64,000 nt of DNA, from contig JACPFA010000003.1 in the NCBI GenBank assembly GCA_016183235.1, positions 39,560-103,559 of the forward strand, in the 5' to 3' direction. Source of the DNA: Deltaproteobacteria bacterium. Lineage in GTDB: Bacteria; UBA10199; DSSB01; JACPFA01. The notes below the pieces were generated by a model. That model searched no databases, had not been told where the DNA came from, and saw nothing but the letters and a program-made list of their open reading frames with translations. Each line of letters starts with the position of its first letter. Position 1 is the first letter of the stretch. The position numbers and the translations under genes were made by a program. Shown here piece after piece: positions 1 through 7,573 of this stretch.

Positions 1-261
1 CAATTAGATATTTTAAAACTTCTATCGGGTCCCAACCTTATTGGGCTTGATTACCCAAGTGAACAAGAAAAATGGGTTTATTATTGGATATGGTCTTATG
101 ATTTGCGTTACCCGATTGAAGACACACTGGTAAAAATGGATCATCCCGGCAGAAGGCTCTTGCGAGGTAAAAACCCAGTGGAATTAGAGATCATTTTCGA
201 TGATAAAGACATTGTAACCGATGTGCGTATGAGGCTCATCAAACGCGGCCCCGAAATTTAG
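1..261 (+). CDS. C-terminal fragment of an unidentified protein (gene starts upstream of window)
   Basis: Frame 1 is open from base 1 to TAG at 259-261. No family recognised. Confidence 0.4.
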   Translation, partial: QLDILKLLSGPNLIGLDYPSEQEKWVYYWIWSYDLRYPIEDTLVKMDHPGRRLLRGKNPVELEIIFDDKDIVTDVRMRLIKRGPEI

Positions 262-381
262 TTGCTGCTGAAAAACGCCAATCTACTGCGTTGCTTGCTT
301 CGCATGCTTCGTCAACGTACTGTGAGTACGCCTCCTTGCATGCTCGCAAGCGCCTTGTATCTTGGCATTTTTGAGCAGCAA

Positions 382-1083
382 CTATAGAAATATTGTTAAA
401 CTCTCTTCTAAATCCCCAAAATTCTCTAGCAAGAAATCCGGCCTGGCTTTTTGCAAAATATCCCAAGGCGTCGAGCCCGTTGCTACTGCCACTGTAGTGG
501 CTCCTAAAAGCTTGCCACAGCGAATATCGTGAATCGTGTCTCCAACAACCCACACATCTTCAGGATGAATACGACTACCCAAATGGGCCATACCTCGCTC
601 CATGGCTAAGCGAGTTAAAGCCAAACGATCTCTCGTATCGCTCCCAAAACCCCCAAAATTAAAAAATCTTTCCAGCCCCGCTCTTTTTAACTTCATCCAA
701 GCCGTGGCTTCATAATTCCCTGTCGCCAAACCCAAATAACCCAATTGTCGATCTTTAAGCGCTAACAACAACTCCGATATTCCGGCCATCAAACGAAATT
801 TGGGGGCCTGTTGTAAGGCCTGTTCCATATGAAAGGAATACCTTGCCTCAACGGCCTTTTCTTCATGGGCTTTGGGCTTTCGCCCCCATTGTTTGAGAAA
901 AAGCTCTTCGATGATGAGAGGATCTGTCTTTCCATCGGGATTAATCCCTTGCCATACCTCCAAAACACCATGCAGTTCATGAAAGGTACGGTCAAAGGCC
1001 GCTTTGCCAGCCCCGCCGGTTAAAAGGAGGGTCCCATCGATATCAAATAAAATTAATTTTTTAGAGGGTGAATGCTGGCTCAT
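382..1083 (-). CDS. HAD-superfamily hydrolase (phosphoglycolate-phosphatase-like)
   Basis: 233 aa. Motif I LFDIDGTLL and motif IV VVGDTIHD. Confidence 0.8.
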   Translation of the reverse strand: MSQHSPSKKLILFDIDGTLLLTGGAGKAAFDRTFHELHGVLEVWQGINPDGKTDPLIIEELFLKQWGRKPKAHEEKAVEARYSFHMEQALQQAPKFRLMAGISELLLALKDRQLGYLGLATGNYEATAWMKLKRAGLERFFNFGGFGSDTRDRLALTRLAMERGMAHLGSRIHPEDVWVVGDTIHDIRCGKLLGATTVAVATGSTPWDILQKARPDFLLENFGDLEESLTIFL

Positions 1084-1123
1084 AACTGTTTGAAATTATT
1101 TAATTTTATTTTTCAGTTCCTTA

Positions 1124-1153
1124 TTGACACAAAACGTCAAAAAAACTTAAGAT
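1124..1153 (+). promoter_or_regulatory. Sigma70-like promoter candidate for the 1236 gene
   Basis: TTGACA (1124-1129), 18-nt spacer, TAAGAT (1148-1153). Confidence 0.35.
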
Positions 1154-1235
1154 ATCCCTAATTATTACCACAACAAACTGGGTACCCCACCCGATAACTT
1201 TTCTCAAGAACGAGTTTTTCAGGGGGAACCTTTTC

Positions 1236-2735
1236 ATGGGTAAGAGAGTTCAAGTGACCGACAATACAGAATCTTTAAGAAAACTTACAGCTAATATTCA
1301 AGCGTTAGATGCTGCTTTAGCGGCTGAACCTCGTTTTCAGACCTGCGGTGCACTGACAGGGACAGAGCCTGAACTTGGCATCACCAACGAAATCCTTGCT
1401 CGAGCATTCAAAGATTTAGGCCAATTAAATCCCGAAGAACGCAGCGCAGCTTTAGCAAGCCTCCGCTACGGAACTTTTGAACAAATCTCCGCTGCCCTAA
1501 GCCCCGTTGATTACTCTCCCGAAGATCTTAACACTAATGCTGCATTTGCTTTTAAAGCTTTAACCCAAGCCCTCGAAGGTGATGCAGCTGCCTTAGCTTT
1601 GGTAGGCGATTATTGTGCTTCTACCGATCCTGAAGTCGCTAAAGGGTTTATTGCCGTCGTTGCAAGCTATGGAACTTCTGCTGCTCAAGCCGTGTTGGCT
1701 AGTTTAGCACAAAGGACTGATGTCGCTGGTTCGGTGCAAGCTTATCTTCACTCGATTCAAAGCAACGTTGCAGAAACTGTAGCTGAAAAACAAGAATCTA
1801 AAGAAGCTGCCAACAAAACCGTAGCTGCTCTAGTTCCTCAAGGTGCTACTCCTATCCACTATACAACCCAAGCAGGCTCGGATGAAGCCCCAGTTCTTGA
1901 TCCTGAATCAAGCCCTACGATTGCCACCCCAGATTCAGCTACAAATGCTCATGTATCTTCCAAAGCCATCTCTGCTATCGTCGAAACATTTGAAGATGTA
2001 ATTTCCAATAATCGTTTTGGGGCTAGTGCCCTTGCTGCGGTTAATCCTACTTCACTCGCTGCTCGCATTGTCGAAATACCTTTTGGCGATCATTTTAAAC
2101 GAGAAGTTACATTAGCTGTGTTGGGCCAAGCCATCGCCGATCTCACTGGTCGTTATTTTGAAGGACCTCTTGCCGAAGCTAAGGTCTTTGCTGAACGAGT
2201 CAGTGCTTTGGTGGCACAAAACCCTCAGTTTGTTGTTGCTTCACCAGCTTCACCTACCACGAGTGTTGGAGAAAATGTTTCTGTTAACACGACTGTGCCC
2301 ACCTATGCCTCTTACGCCCCTGTAACAGCCAATCCTAATGTGTCTGAACCTGCTGTGACTTATGTTCCTTTAGCAAATCCTAGAAATTCTGGTCTTTCAG
2401 ATCGCGGGACTTACACCCTCGGTTTTGAAACAATGCCTACTGAAAATGTTTATCTCCGAGGCTTGGCTTCCAATCCTTTGGTTTCCAGCTTGGCTGGCAT
2501 GATGGGCATTTCAAATTTACCTACTGCAGCTTCCGCCTTGTCGGCTTTTAGAGCTTCTTCGAGTAGCCATGCCTATATTGAAGCTACCCGCGAATCCGAT
2601 GGCCAAGGTACCGGCGATCAAGGCCGCGGTGATGGCCACAGCCCACAAGATGATCATCCAGAACTTGCTTTCGTTGATAACGACCAACCCAGCACTCATC
2701 AACGGGCAGAAAGCCGCAATACCGTTATTGTATAA
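1236..2735 (+). CDS. Hypothetical Ala/Ser/Thr-rich protein, no recognisable domain
   Basis: 499-aa ORF with ATG start. No signal peptide. Gly/Asp-rich C-terminal tail. Confidence 0.55.
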   Translation: MGKRVQVTDNTESLRKLTANIQALDAALAAEPRFQTCGALTGTEPELGITNEILARAFKDLGQLNPEERSAALASLRYGTFEQISAALSPVDYSPEDLNTNAAFAFKALTQALEGDAAALALVGDYCASTDPEVAKGFIAVVASYGTSAAQAVLASLAQRTDVAGSVQAYLHSIQSNVAETVAEKQESKEAANKTVAALVPQGATPIHYTTQAGSDEAPVLDPESSPTIATPDSATNAHVSSKAISAIVETFEDVISNNRFGASALAAVNPTSLAARIVEIPFGDHFKREVTLAVLGQAIADLTGRYFEGPLAEAKVFAERVSALVAQNPQFVVASPASPTTSVGENVSVNTTVPTYASYAPVTANPNVSEPAVTYVPLANPRNSGLSDRGTYTLGFETMPTENVYLRGLASNPLVSSLAGMMGISNLPTAASALSAFRASSSSHAYIEATRESDGQGTGDQGRGDGHSPQDDHPELAFVDNDQPSTHQRAESRNTVIV

Positions 2736-2740
2736 ACAGA

Positions 2741-2776
2741 TGTCATTGCGAGTGAAACGAAGCAATCTTCCATTTT
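2741..2776 (-). repeat. Solo arm of hairpin family A/B (TGTCATTGCGAG..GCAATCTTCCATTTT)
   Basis: Reverse complement matches the arm consensus AAATGGAAGATTGC..CTCGCAATGACA. The inner end lies 3 nt before the ATG at 2780. Confidence 0.85.
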
Positions 2777-2779
2777 AGT

Positions 2780-3808
2780 ATGCATAAACCCTCCTATTTA
2801 ACCCTATTCCACAGCGGCGAATTACACAGGCGTGCTGACTTGCTTGAACAGCGCTTAAGCAAATGTGTGATTTGTCCACGTCATTGCGAAGCCAATCGTT
2901 TGGCAAATGTTGAGGGTTTTTGCCAATCAGGTCATCGCCCTTTAGTGGCAAGCCATGTTGCCCACTTTGGAGAAGAACCCATATTGGTGGGAAGCCATGG
3001 TTCGGGGAATATCTTTTTTGGCAGTTGTAACTTGCGTTGTGTGTACTGCCAAAATTGGCAAATCAGTCACACCCAAAAGGGTGAGCGGCCGGGTGAAATT
3101 AGTTTTGAACAATTGGCCGACATGATGATCGATTTGCAAAATCAAGGCTGCCACAATATCAATTTGGTTTCGCCTTCGCATTTTGTGGCCCAAATCATGA
3201 AAGCTCTGGTGTTAGCTTGCGAGCAGGGCTTGCGGCTCCCCCTAGTTTATAACACCAATGCCTATGATGATTTAGAAACATTAAAAATGTTACGTGGTGT
3301 GATTGATATTTATTTGCCTGACCTCAAATATGCCAATGATCAAAATGCCATTAAATATTCCCAAGCTCAAAATTACCAAGCGATTTCTCGCCAGGCTATT
3401 CAAGAAATGTTTAACCAGGTGGGTTTATTAAAATTAGACAAACAGGGGCTCAGCCAGCGAGGCTTGATTGTCCGCCATTTGGTGTTGCCCAATGGCCTGG
3501 CCGATAGTCGTGAAAGTTTGACTTGGATCGCTCAAAACTTATCTCCGCAAGTTAACATTTCAATCATGAGCCAATATTATCCGACTAACAAAGCAACGCG
3601 CGTACCCTTATTATCGAGAAAAATTCGTGAGCATGAATATTGGGAAGTGGTTGATTTGTTGGAAGAACTGAAGATGGAAAATGGATTTTTACAAGAGTTT
3701 GAAAGCGCAGAAACCTATCGGCCTGATTTTAAACGGAATGAGCCATTTGATAATATGGAATTGCTGTCATTGCGAGCCCCGAAGGGCGAAGCAATCTCTT
3801 CTGTCTAA
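2780..3808 (+). CDS. Radical SAM protein, PflX-like (pyruvate formate-lyase-activase homologue family)
   Basis: 342 aa. CNLRCVYCQN (CX3CX2C) plus an N-terminal CVICPRHC Cys cluster. The last ~14 aa (LSLRAPKGEAISSV) are encoded by the repeat at 3764. Confidence 0.8.
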   Translation: MHKPSYLTLFHSGELHRRADLLEQRLSKCVICPRHCEANRLANVEGFCQSGHRPLVASHVAHFGEEPILVGSHGSGNIFFGSCNLRCVYCQNWQISHTQKGERPGEISFEQLADMMIDLQNQGCHNINLVSPSHFVAQIMKALVLACEQGLRLPLVYNTNAYDDLETLKMLRGVIDIYLPDLKYANDQNAIKYSQAQNYQAISRQAIQEMFNQVGLLKLDKQGLSQRGLIVRHLVLPNGLADSRESLTWIAQNLSPQVNISIMSQYYPTNKATRVPLLSRKIREHEYWEVVDLLEELKMENGFLQEFESAETYRPDFKRNEPFDNMELLSLRAPKGEAISSV

Positions 3809-3874
3809 CCGGTGGGATTGCTGAGTTTATCCTGAGGCTTTGCGAAGGACCCTTGTATGACCTCGCAATGACAG
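3764..3874. repeat. A-type hairpin element, 111 bp (CTGTCATTGCGAG ... CTCGCAATGACAG)
   Basis: Terminal inverted repeats read directly. It overlaps the stop codon of the radical SAM gene. Confidence 0.9.
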
Positions 3875-3882
3875 ATTAAGAT

Positions 3883-4428
3883 TTAAAGTCCCTTCCACAC
3901 AATGTCTGTTTGCTTAGCATCGTGGTTCGTCATCCGTGCCGCTACAAACAAATAGTCAGAAAGACGATTTAAATATTTGATTAAAACAGGCCGTACGGTT
4001 TGTTTTTCGCTTAAGGCCACGAGTTTACGTTCAGCTCGACGACAGACAGTTCTGGCCAAATGTAAAAAACTTGCCCCTTGGCTACCACCGGGGAGAATAA
4101 AATTTTTCAAAGGTTTTAGCCTAACATCAAAGGCGTCGATCCAATGTTCTAACTGAACCACGGGGGCTTCTTGTAAAAAACTAAAAACTAATTTCTCATT
4201 GGCCGATACGGTGGACAGTTCAGAACCTATGGTAAATAGCGATTCTTGAATCGTTTGCAATTGAGTCGCCAATTCTTGATCTTGGATAAAAGCCCGGGCA
4301 CACCCTATTGCCGAATTGAGTTCATCAATTTCCCCATAAGTATCAATGCGGGCATCACTTTTTGGAAACGGCCCACCCCCAAACAAATAGGTTTTCCCTT
4401 GATCACCTTTTTTAGTGTAGATTTTCAT
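3883..4428 (-). CDS. PduO-type ATP:cob(I)alamin adenosyltransferase
   Basis: Starts MKIYTKKGDQGKTYLFGG, the typical family N-terminus. The longer tracked ORF (to 4539) reads through repeats. Confidence 0.85.
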   Translation of the reverse strand: MKIYTKKGDQGKTYLFGGGPFPKSDARIDTYGEIDELNSAIGCARAFIQDQELATQLQTIQESLFTIGSELSTVSANEKLVFSFLQEAPVVQLEHWIDAFDVRLKPLKNFILPGGSQGASFLHLARTVCRRAERKLVALSEKQTVRPVLIKYLNRLSDYLFVAARMTNHDAKQTDIVWKGL

Positions 4429-4437
4429 AGAGTCTCC

Positions 4438-4522
4438 GTCATTGCGGACTCCGATCCGCAATCTACTGTATAGATCCCGGGTCCCCGGATCAAGTCCGGG
4501 GCAGGCTCGTCCGGGATGACGC
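4438..4522. repeat. Mini A-type hairpin plus B-type GC hairpins in an intercistronic spacer
   Basis: GTCATTGCGGA..TCCGCAAT, then CCCCGGATCAAGTCCGGGG and ..CCGGGATGAC. Confidence 0.8.
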
Positions 4523-4921
4523 TTCCCGGTAACTCGCACAAGAACTACGGGTTTCCCACAACCTCACCTCATTCACTGGCAGACCTTTTTCACGGGCATA
4601 ATCAAAAATTAATTTTGCAATATTTTCGGCAGAAGGATTTTCTTTCATAACATACAGAGGTTCTTTTTGGGCACGCAAAATTTCCACAAAAGGATCTTGG
4701 CTACTTAGAATCATTTTATGATCTAAATTTTCATCTAAAAACTTTTTAACGATCGCTTTGATTTCACCAAAATCAACCACTAACCCACGAGCATCGAGCT
4801 GGTTAGTTTGAATTTCAATTTCCACCAAACCATTATGGCCATGCAGATTAGCACACTTGCCGTCATAGTCTAGCAAGCGATGCCCATAACAAAACTCCAT
4901 AATTTTAACGACTTTAAACAT
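4490..4921 (-). CDS. COG0720 family protein (6-carboxytetrahydropterin / 6-pyruvoyltetrahydropterin synthase) with a CxxxHGH motif
   Basis: Starts MFKVVKIMEFCYGHRL. Has CANLHGHN and ..RLWETR..ASY. The last ~12 aa are repeat-encoded. Confidence 0.8.
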   Translation of the reverse strand: MFKVVKIMEFCYGHRLLDYDGKCANLHGHNGLVEIEIQTNQLDARGLVVDFGEIKAIVKKFLDENLDHKMILSSQDPFVEILRAQKEPLYVMKENPSAENIAKLIFDYAREKGLPVNEVRLWETRSSCASYREASSRTSLPRT

Positions 4922-4930
4922 AGTTTGACC

Positions 4931-5045
4931 ATCCTTTAGCAAACGGGTGACCCGGGCAGGGGGCCCCCCACCAGCGCGGAGTCCACGTTTCGTGGACGAG
5001 CACTGCTGGGGGAAGGCCCGGGGCCGGGCCCGTTTGCTAAAGGAT
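4931..5045. repeat. C-type GC-rich palindromic element
   Basis: Outer stems ATCCTTTAGCAAACGGG / CCCGTTTGCTAAAGGAT. The core GTGACCCGGGCAGGGGGCCCCCCACCAGCGCGGAGTC..GACGAGCACTGCTGGGGGAAGG is shared with 22864 and 50204. Confidence 0.9.
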
Positions 5046-5771
5046 GCTCCTCCCTCCATCTACATGAACCAGCGCCCCTGTCATATAATCCGTTCCTTCA
5101 ATTAAAAACTTTACCGTGTTAGCAATATCTTCTGGCCGACCGATACATTTCAAGGGAGTTTTGGCCAAAACCTCTTTTTTCACCTTTGAACCCAAATCGG
5201 CTGGCCACATCACGGGCCCCGGCAATACCGTATTCACCTGCACTTCAGGGGCCAAGCTTTTGGCCAGGCCTTGGCTCAACCCTACCAAAGCAGCTTTGGC
5301 CGCACAATAAGGAATATAACCTGTATAAGGCCTTAACGCCGCCCAATCTGCTATATTAATGATTTTCCCCCTACCTCGCTTTTTCATTTTAAGCCCCAAA
5401 CTTTGACTTAAAAAATAAGGAGCGCGGGCATTGACGGCAAAAAGGTCATCCCATTCCGAAAATTTTGTTTTTCCCAAAGGAGTCGGATAAAAATTGGAGG
5501 CATTGTTAATCAAAACATCCAGCCCACCGAACGCCTGCCAAGCCTTTTGGGCTAATAGTTGCAGGCTTGCCTCTTTAGACAAATCACCTTGCACCAAAAC
5601 AACTTCGCCTCCTTGGGCAAGGATTTGCTTTCGCAACATTTGAGCCTCATGTCGACTACGATGATAATGAACAACAAGCCTAGCGCCCGATTGAGCCAAC
5701 GTTAAAGCCAAGACCTTCCCCACTCGCCGACCTGCCCCCGTAATAAGTACTCTCACACCTTTTAATTGCAT
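5037..5771 (-). CDS. Short-chain dehydrogenase/reductase (pteridine-reductase-like)
   Basis: 244 aa. ITGAGRRVGK and YxxxK (YCAAK). It lies upstream of the PTPS-family gene. Confidence 0.75.
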   Translation of the reverse strand: MQLKGVRVLITGAGRRVGKVLALTLAQSGARLVVHYHRSRHEAQMLRKQILAQGGEVVLVQGDLSKEASLQLLAQKAWQAFGGLDVLINNASNFYPTPLGKTKFSEWDDLFAVNARAPYFLSQSLGLKMKKRGRGKIINIADWAALRPYTGYIPYCAAKAALVGLSQGLAKSLAPEVQVNTVLPGPVMWPADLGSKVKKEVLAKTPLKCIGRPEDIANTVKFLIEGTDYMTGALVHVDGGRSIL

Positions 5772-5853
5772 AACCCAACCATGAGCACACTTAGAATTAA
5801 GAGGTCAAGGAATTGTAAAGAATCCTCTATTTCATCTGCAAATCACCGTACCT

Positions 5854-6073
5854 AAAAAGAGAGTGAAGTGACTTTGAAGGTGAGGTGGTTTCGCCGACCC
5901 GGCGCTCCAGCGGCGACCCTCATGGGGCTAGCCGGCATGGAATCCTTCCGCGTTCCCCCGCCAGAGGCGGGGGCCTCGGCTTTCCATGCCGGCTAGCCCG
6001 CATGGGGGCCCCGCCGCTTCCGCGATGGGTCGGCGAAACCACCTCACCTTCAAAGTCACTTCGCTCTCTTTTT
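5854..6073. repeat. D-type giant hairpin (about 220 bp, 47-nt outer stems with 1 mismatch)
   Basis: AAAAAGAGAGTGAAGTGACTTTGAAGGTGAGGTGGTTTCGCCGACCC pairs with its complement at 6027-6073. The interior is GC-rich and imperfectly palindromic. Confidence 0.9.
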
Positions 6074-6081
6074 ATATTTCT

Positions 6082-6315
6082 CAAATATTTGCAGAGATAT
6101 AAAAGGTTTTACTGAAGTGGGCTAGAGGGTAATTTGAGAACTTTTAGCACAGGAGTGAAGCCGTAGGAGGTTCAAAAAATCCTATTATTTTTTTGAATTA
6201 GAGGATGACAGAGGAATACTCTAATTCAATAAAAATAAAGGATTTTTTGGACCGAGTAGGCTTCACGGGTGCGAGTTCTCAAATTACCCTTTAGCCCACT
6301 TCAGTAAAACTTTTT
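6082..6315. repeat. E-type palindromic element, copy 1 (about 234 bp)
   Basis: Near-identical inverted copy at 53510-53743. Central hairpin GAATTAGAG..CTCTAATTC. Confidence 0.9.
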
Positions 6316-6334
6316 AGGTGCGGCAATGTGTAAA

Positions 6335-6419
6335 TGAATTGAAGAATGAAAATGAAGATTGCCACGCTATCGTGGGTTACCCGATCAAGTCGGGTAATGA
6401 CATGGATTACAATGACATT
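6335..6419 (+). repeat. B-type arm element (ATGAATTGAAGAATGAAAATGAAGATTGCC..ACCCGATCAAGTCGGGT..AATGACAT)
   Basis: Same 5' extension and arm as at 20339-20401. Confidence 0.85.
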
Positions 6420-6424
6420 ATTAT

Positions 6425-7573
6425 TCAGAATGACACTTGGGTTTCGAAATAGTAAAGATTAGGGAGTTGAGTAAATTCGCCTACTGCACGCCCGAAGGGG
6501 AAAAAAGCCCCGGCGCTTAGGTCTAACCAAGAAAATGTCTGATAAGTAATTTCAGGGTTGATAAAAAAAGACGTCCCCACGAGGTCATAGACGACTAAAA
6601 TATTTCCTTTCCATAAGGGCGTAAAGTCATAGCGCATTTGAACATCTAAAAAATGTGGATTTTGTGTTTTGATGGGTTGAGCCGAATTTTCATGAAACAA
6701 AAAAAGCGGTCTAATAACGCTTGTGGCCTGGCCATTATAAAAATATCCCCCTAATATATAAAAAGAATTGGGGAACCCATAATCAACTTCTAGACTAGCT
6801 TGAATAAAATTTTTACTAAACTGGGCTTGATTATAATTTAACTCCCCGCGAATGCCTAATCCACTGATCTCTCCCGCCGTGTCTATGCCAAAGATATAAT
6901 CTTGCAAAAATCGCCCCCCGTAGAGAGCCACATCGAAATGACGAATGGTTTGCGTTACCCGCAAACCCAGTCGTGATTCATCAAAATTATTATCTGCGGT
7001 ATAAACTAAATTGAGTTTTGTTGAGTCGCCAATACGGATGAGCAGGTTGGCCGCATCCACCCCGGGTTTTTCTTCTTTTTCAACGTCAAAAAGGGTTAAA
7101 GGGGTAAACAAATCTGCTGGCGAAAAAATCCTCGCCGAGCCCCAATCGATTTTTTGTCTTCCTACAGTTAAAGAAGTTTTTCCAAAATCCATTTTCAAAT
7201 AAGCACGATAAAGATTTTGGCTATAGGAAAAATTGGGTTCTCGATTGGGCTCCCAATGTAAGTCTAAATATCCCGATTCTCGCAGGGCCTGACGGGCATT
7301 GAATTGAAAACTGTTAACCCAGTCCCCACCCACTAACTCGTTATCCCAAATAACTTTTAGGAAAAAATGTTTTAAAAATTGACTATCCCATTCCAGCCGT
7401 AAGCGATTAACATCCCCCACAAATAGGTCATCATCTAAAAGCCCGCGCGAACTTAAAAACAGATTTTTGTAATAACCTTTGAGAGAGAGTGAAAAATCTT
7501 TTTGATCAATAACGGGCCGGGCCTGCAAGGAAAGCGGTAAAAAAAACAAAAAGAAGAAAAATAAATTTTTCAT
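6425..7573 (-). CDS. Putative outer-membrane beta-barrel protein of the ABC export cluster
   Basis: 382 aa. Signal peptide MKNLFFFFLFFLPLSLQA, alternating aromatic pattern, C-terminal F. 4-nt overlap with the permease gene. Confidence 0.6.
   Translation of the reverse strand: MKNLFFFFLFFLPLSLQARPVIDQKDFSLSLKGYYKNLFLSSRGLLDDDLFVGDVNRLRLEWDSQFLKHFFLKVIWDNELVGGDWVNSFQFNARQALRESGYLDLHWEPNREPNFSYSQNLYRAYLKMDFGKTSLTVGRQKIDWGSARIFSPADLFTPLTLFDVEKEEKPGVDAANLLIRIGDSTKLNLVYTADNNFDESRLGLRVTQTIRHFDVALYGGRFLQDYIFGIDTAGEISGLGIRGELNYNQAQFSKNFIQASLEVDYGFPNSFYILGGYFYNGQATSVIRPLFLFHENSAQPIKTQNPHFLDVQMRYDFTPLWKGNILVVYDLVGTSFFINPEITYQTFSWLDLSAGAFFPFGRAVGEFTQLPNLYYFETQVSF

Noticed and set aside
239-553. 104-aa minus-strand ORF overlapping the 3' part of the HAD hydrolase gene
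   Set aside because: It lies in a different frame inside and next to a well-supported gene (382-1083). It has no motif and its composition is typical of an out-of-frame read.
3883-5059. Long N-terminal extensions of the tracked ORFs 3883-4539, 4490-5059 and 21561-22355
   Set aside because: The extensions run through intercistronic repeats. Internal ATGs give canonical family N-termini (MKIYTKKGDQGKT, MFKVVKIMEF, MTLTAPLIEIYSTIQGEG) and fit the ATGA coupling pattern.
5885-6115. 76-aa ORF (MVSPTRRSSGDPHG..) and similar ORFs at 20053-20482, 22815-23012, 50109-50372, 53841-54184 and 57154-57354
   Set aside because: All are read entirely through palindromic repeat elements (D, A, B, C and E families). 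Their Gly/Pro/Arg-rich sequences are repeat translations, not genes.
6082-6315. E, F and G palindromes as tRNA or other structured RNA genes
   Set aside because: They have no cloverleaf proportions and no conserved T-loop or anticodon features. They are long, near-perfect inverted repeats typical of MITE/REP-like DNA. Expression as small RNA cannot be excluded, but nothing in the sequence requires it.
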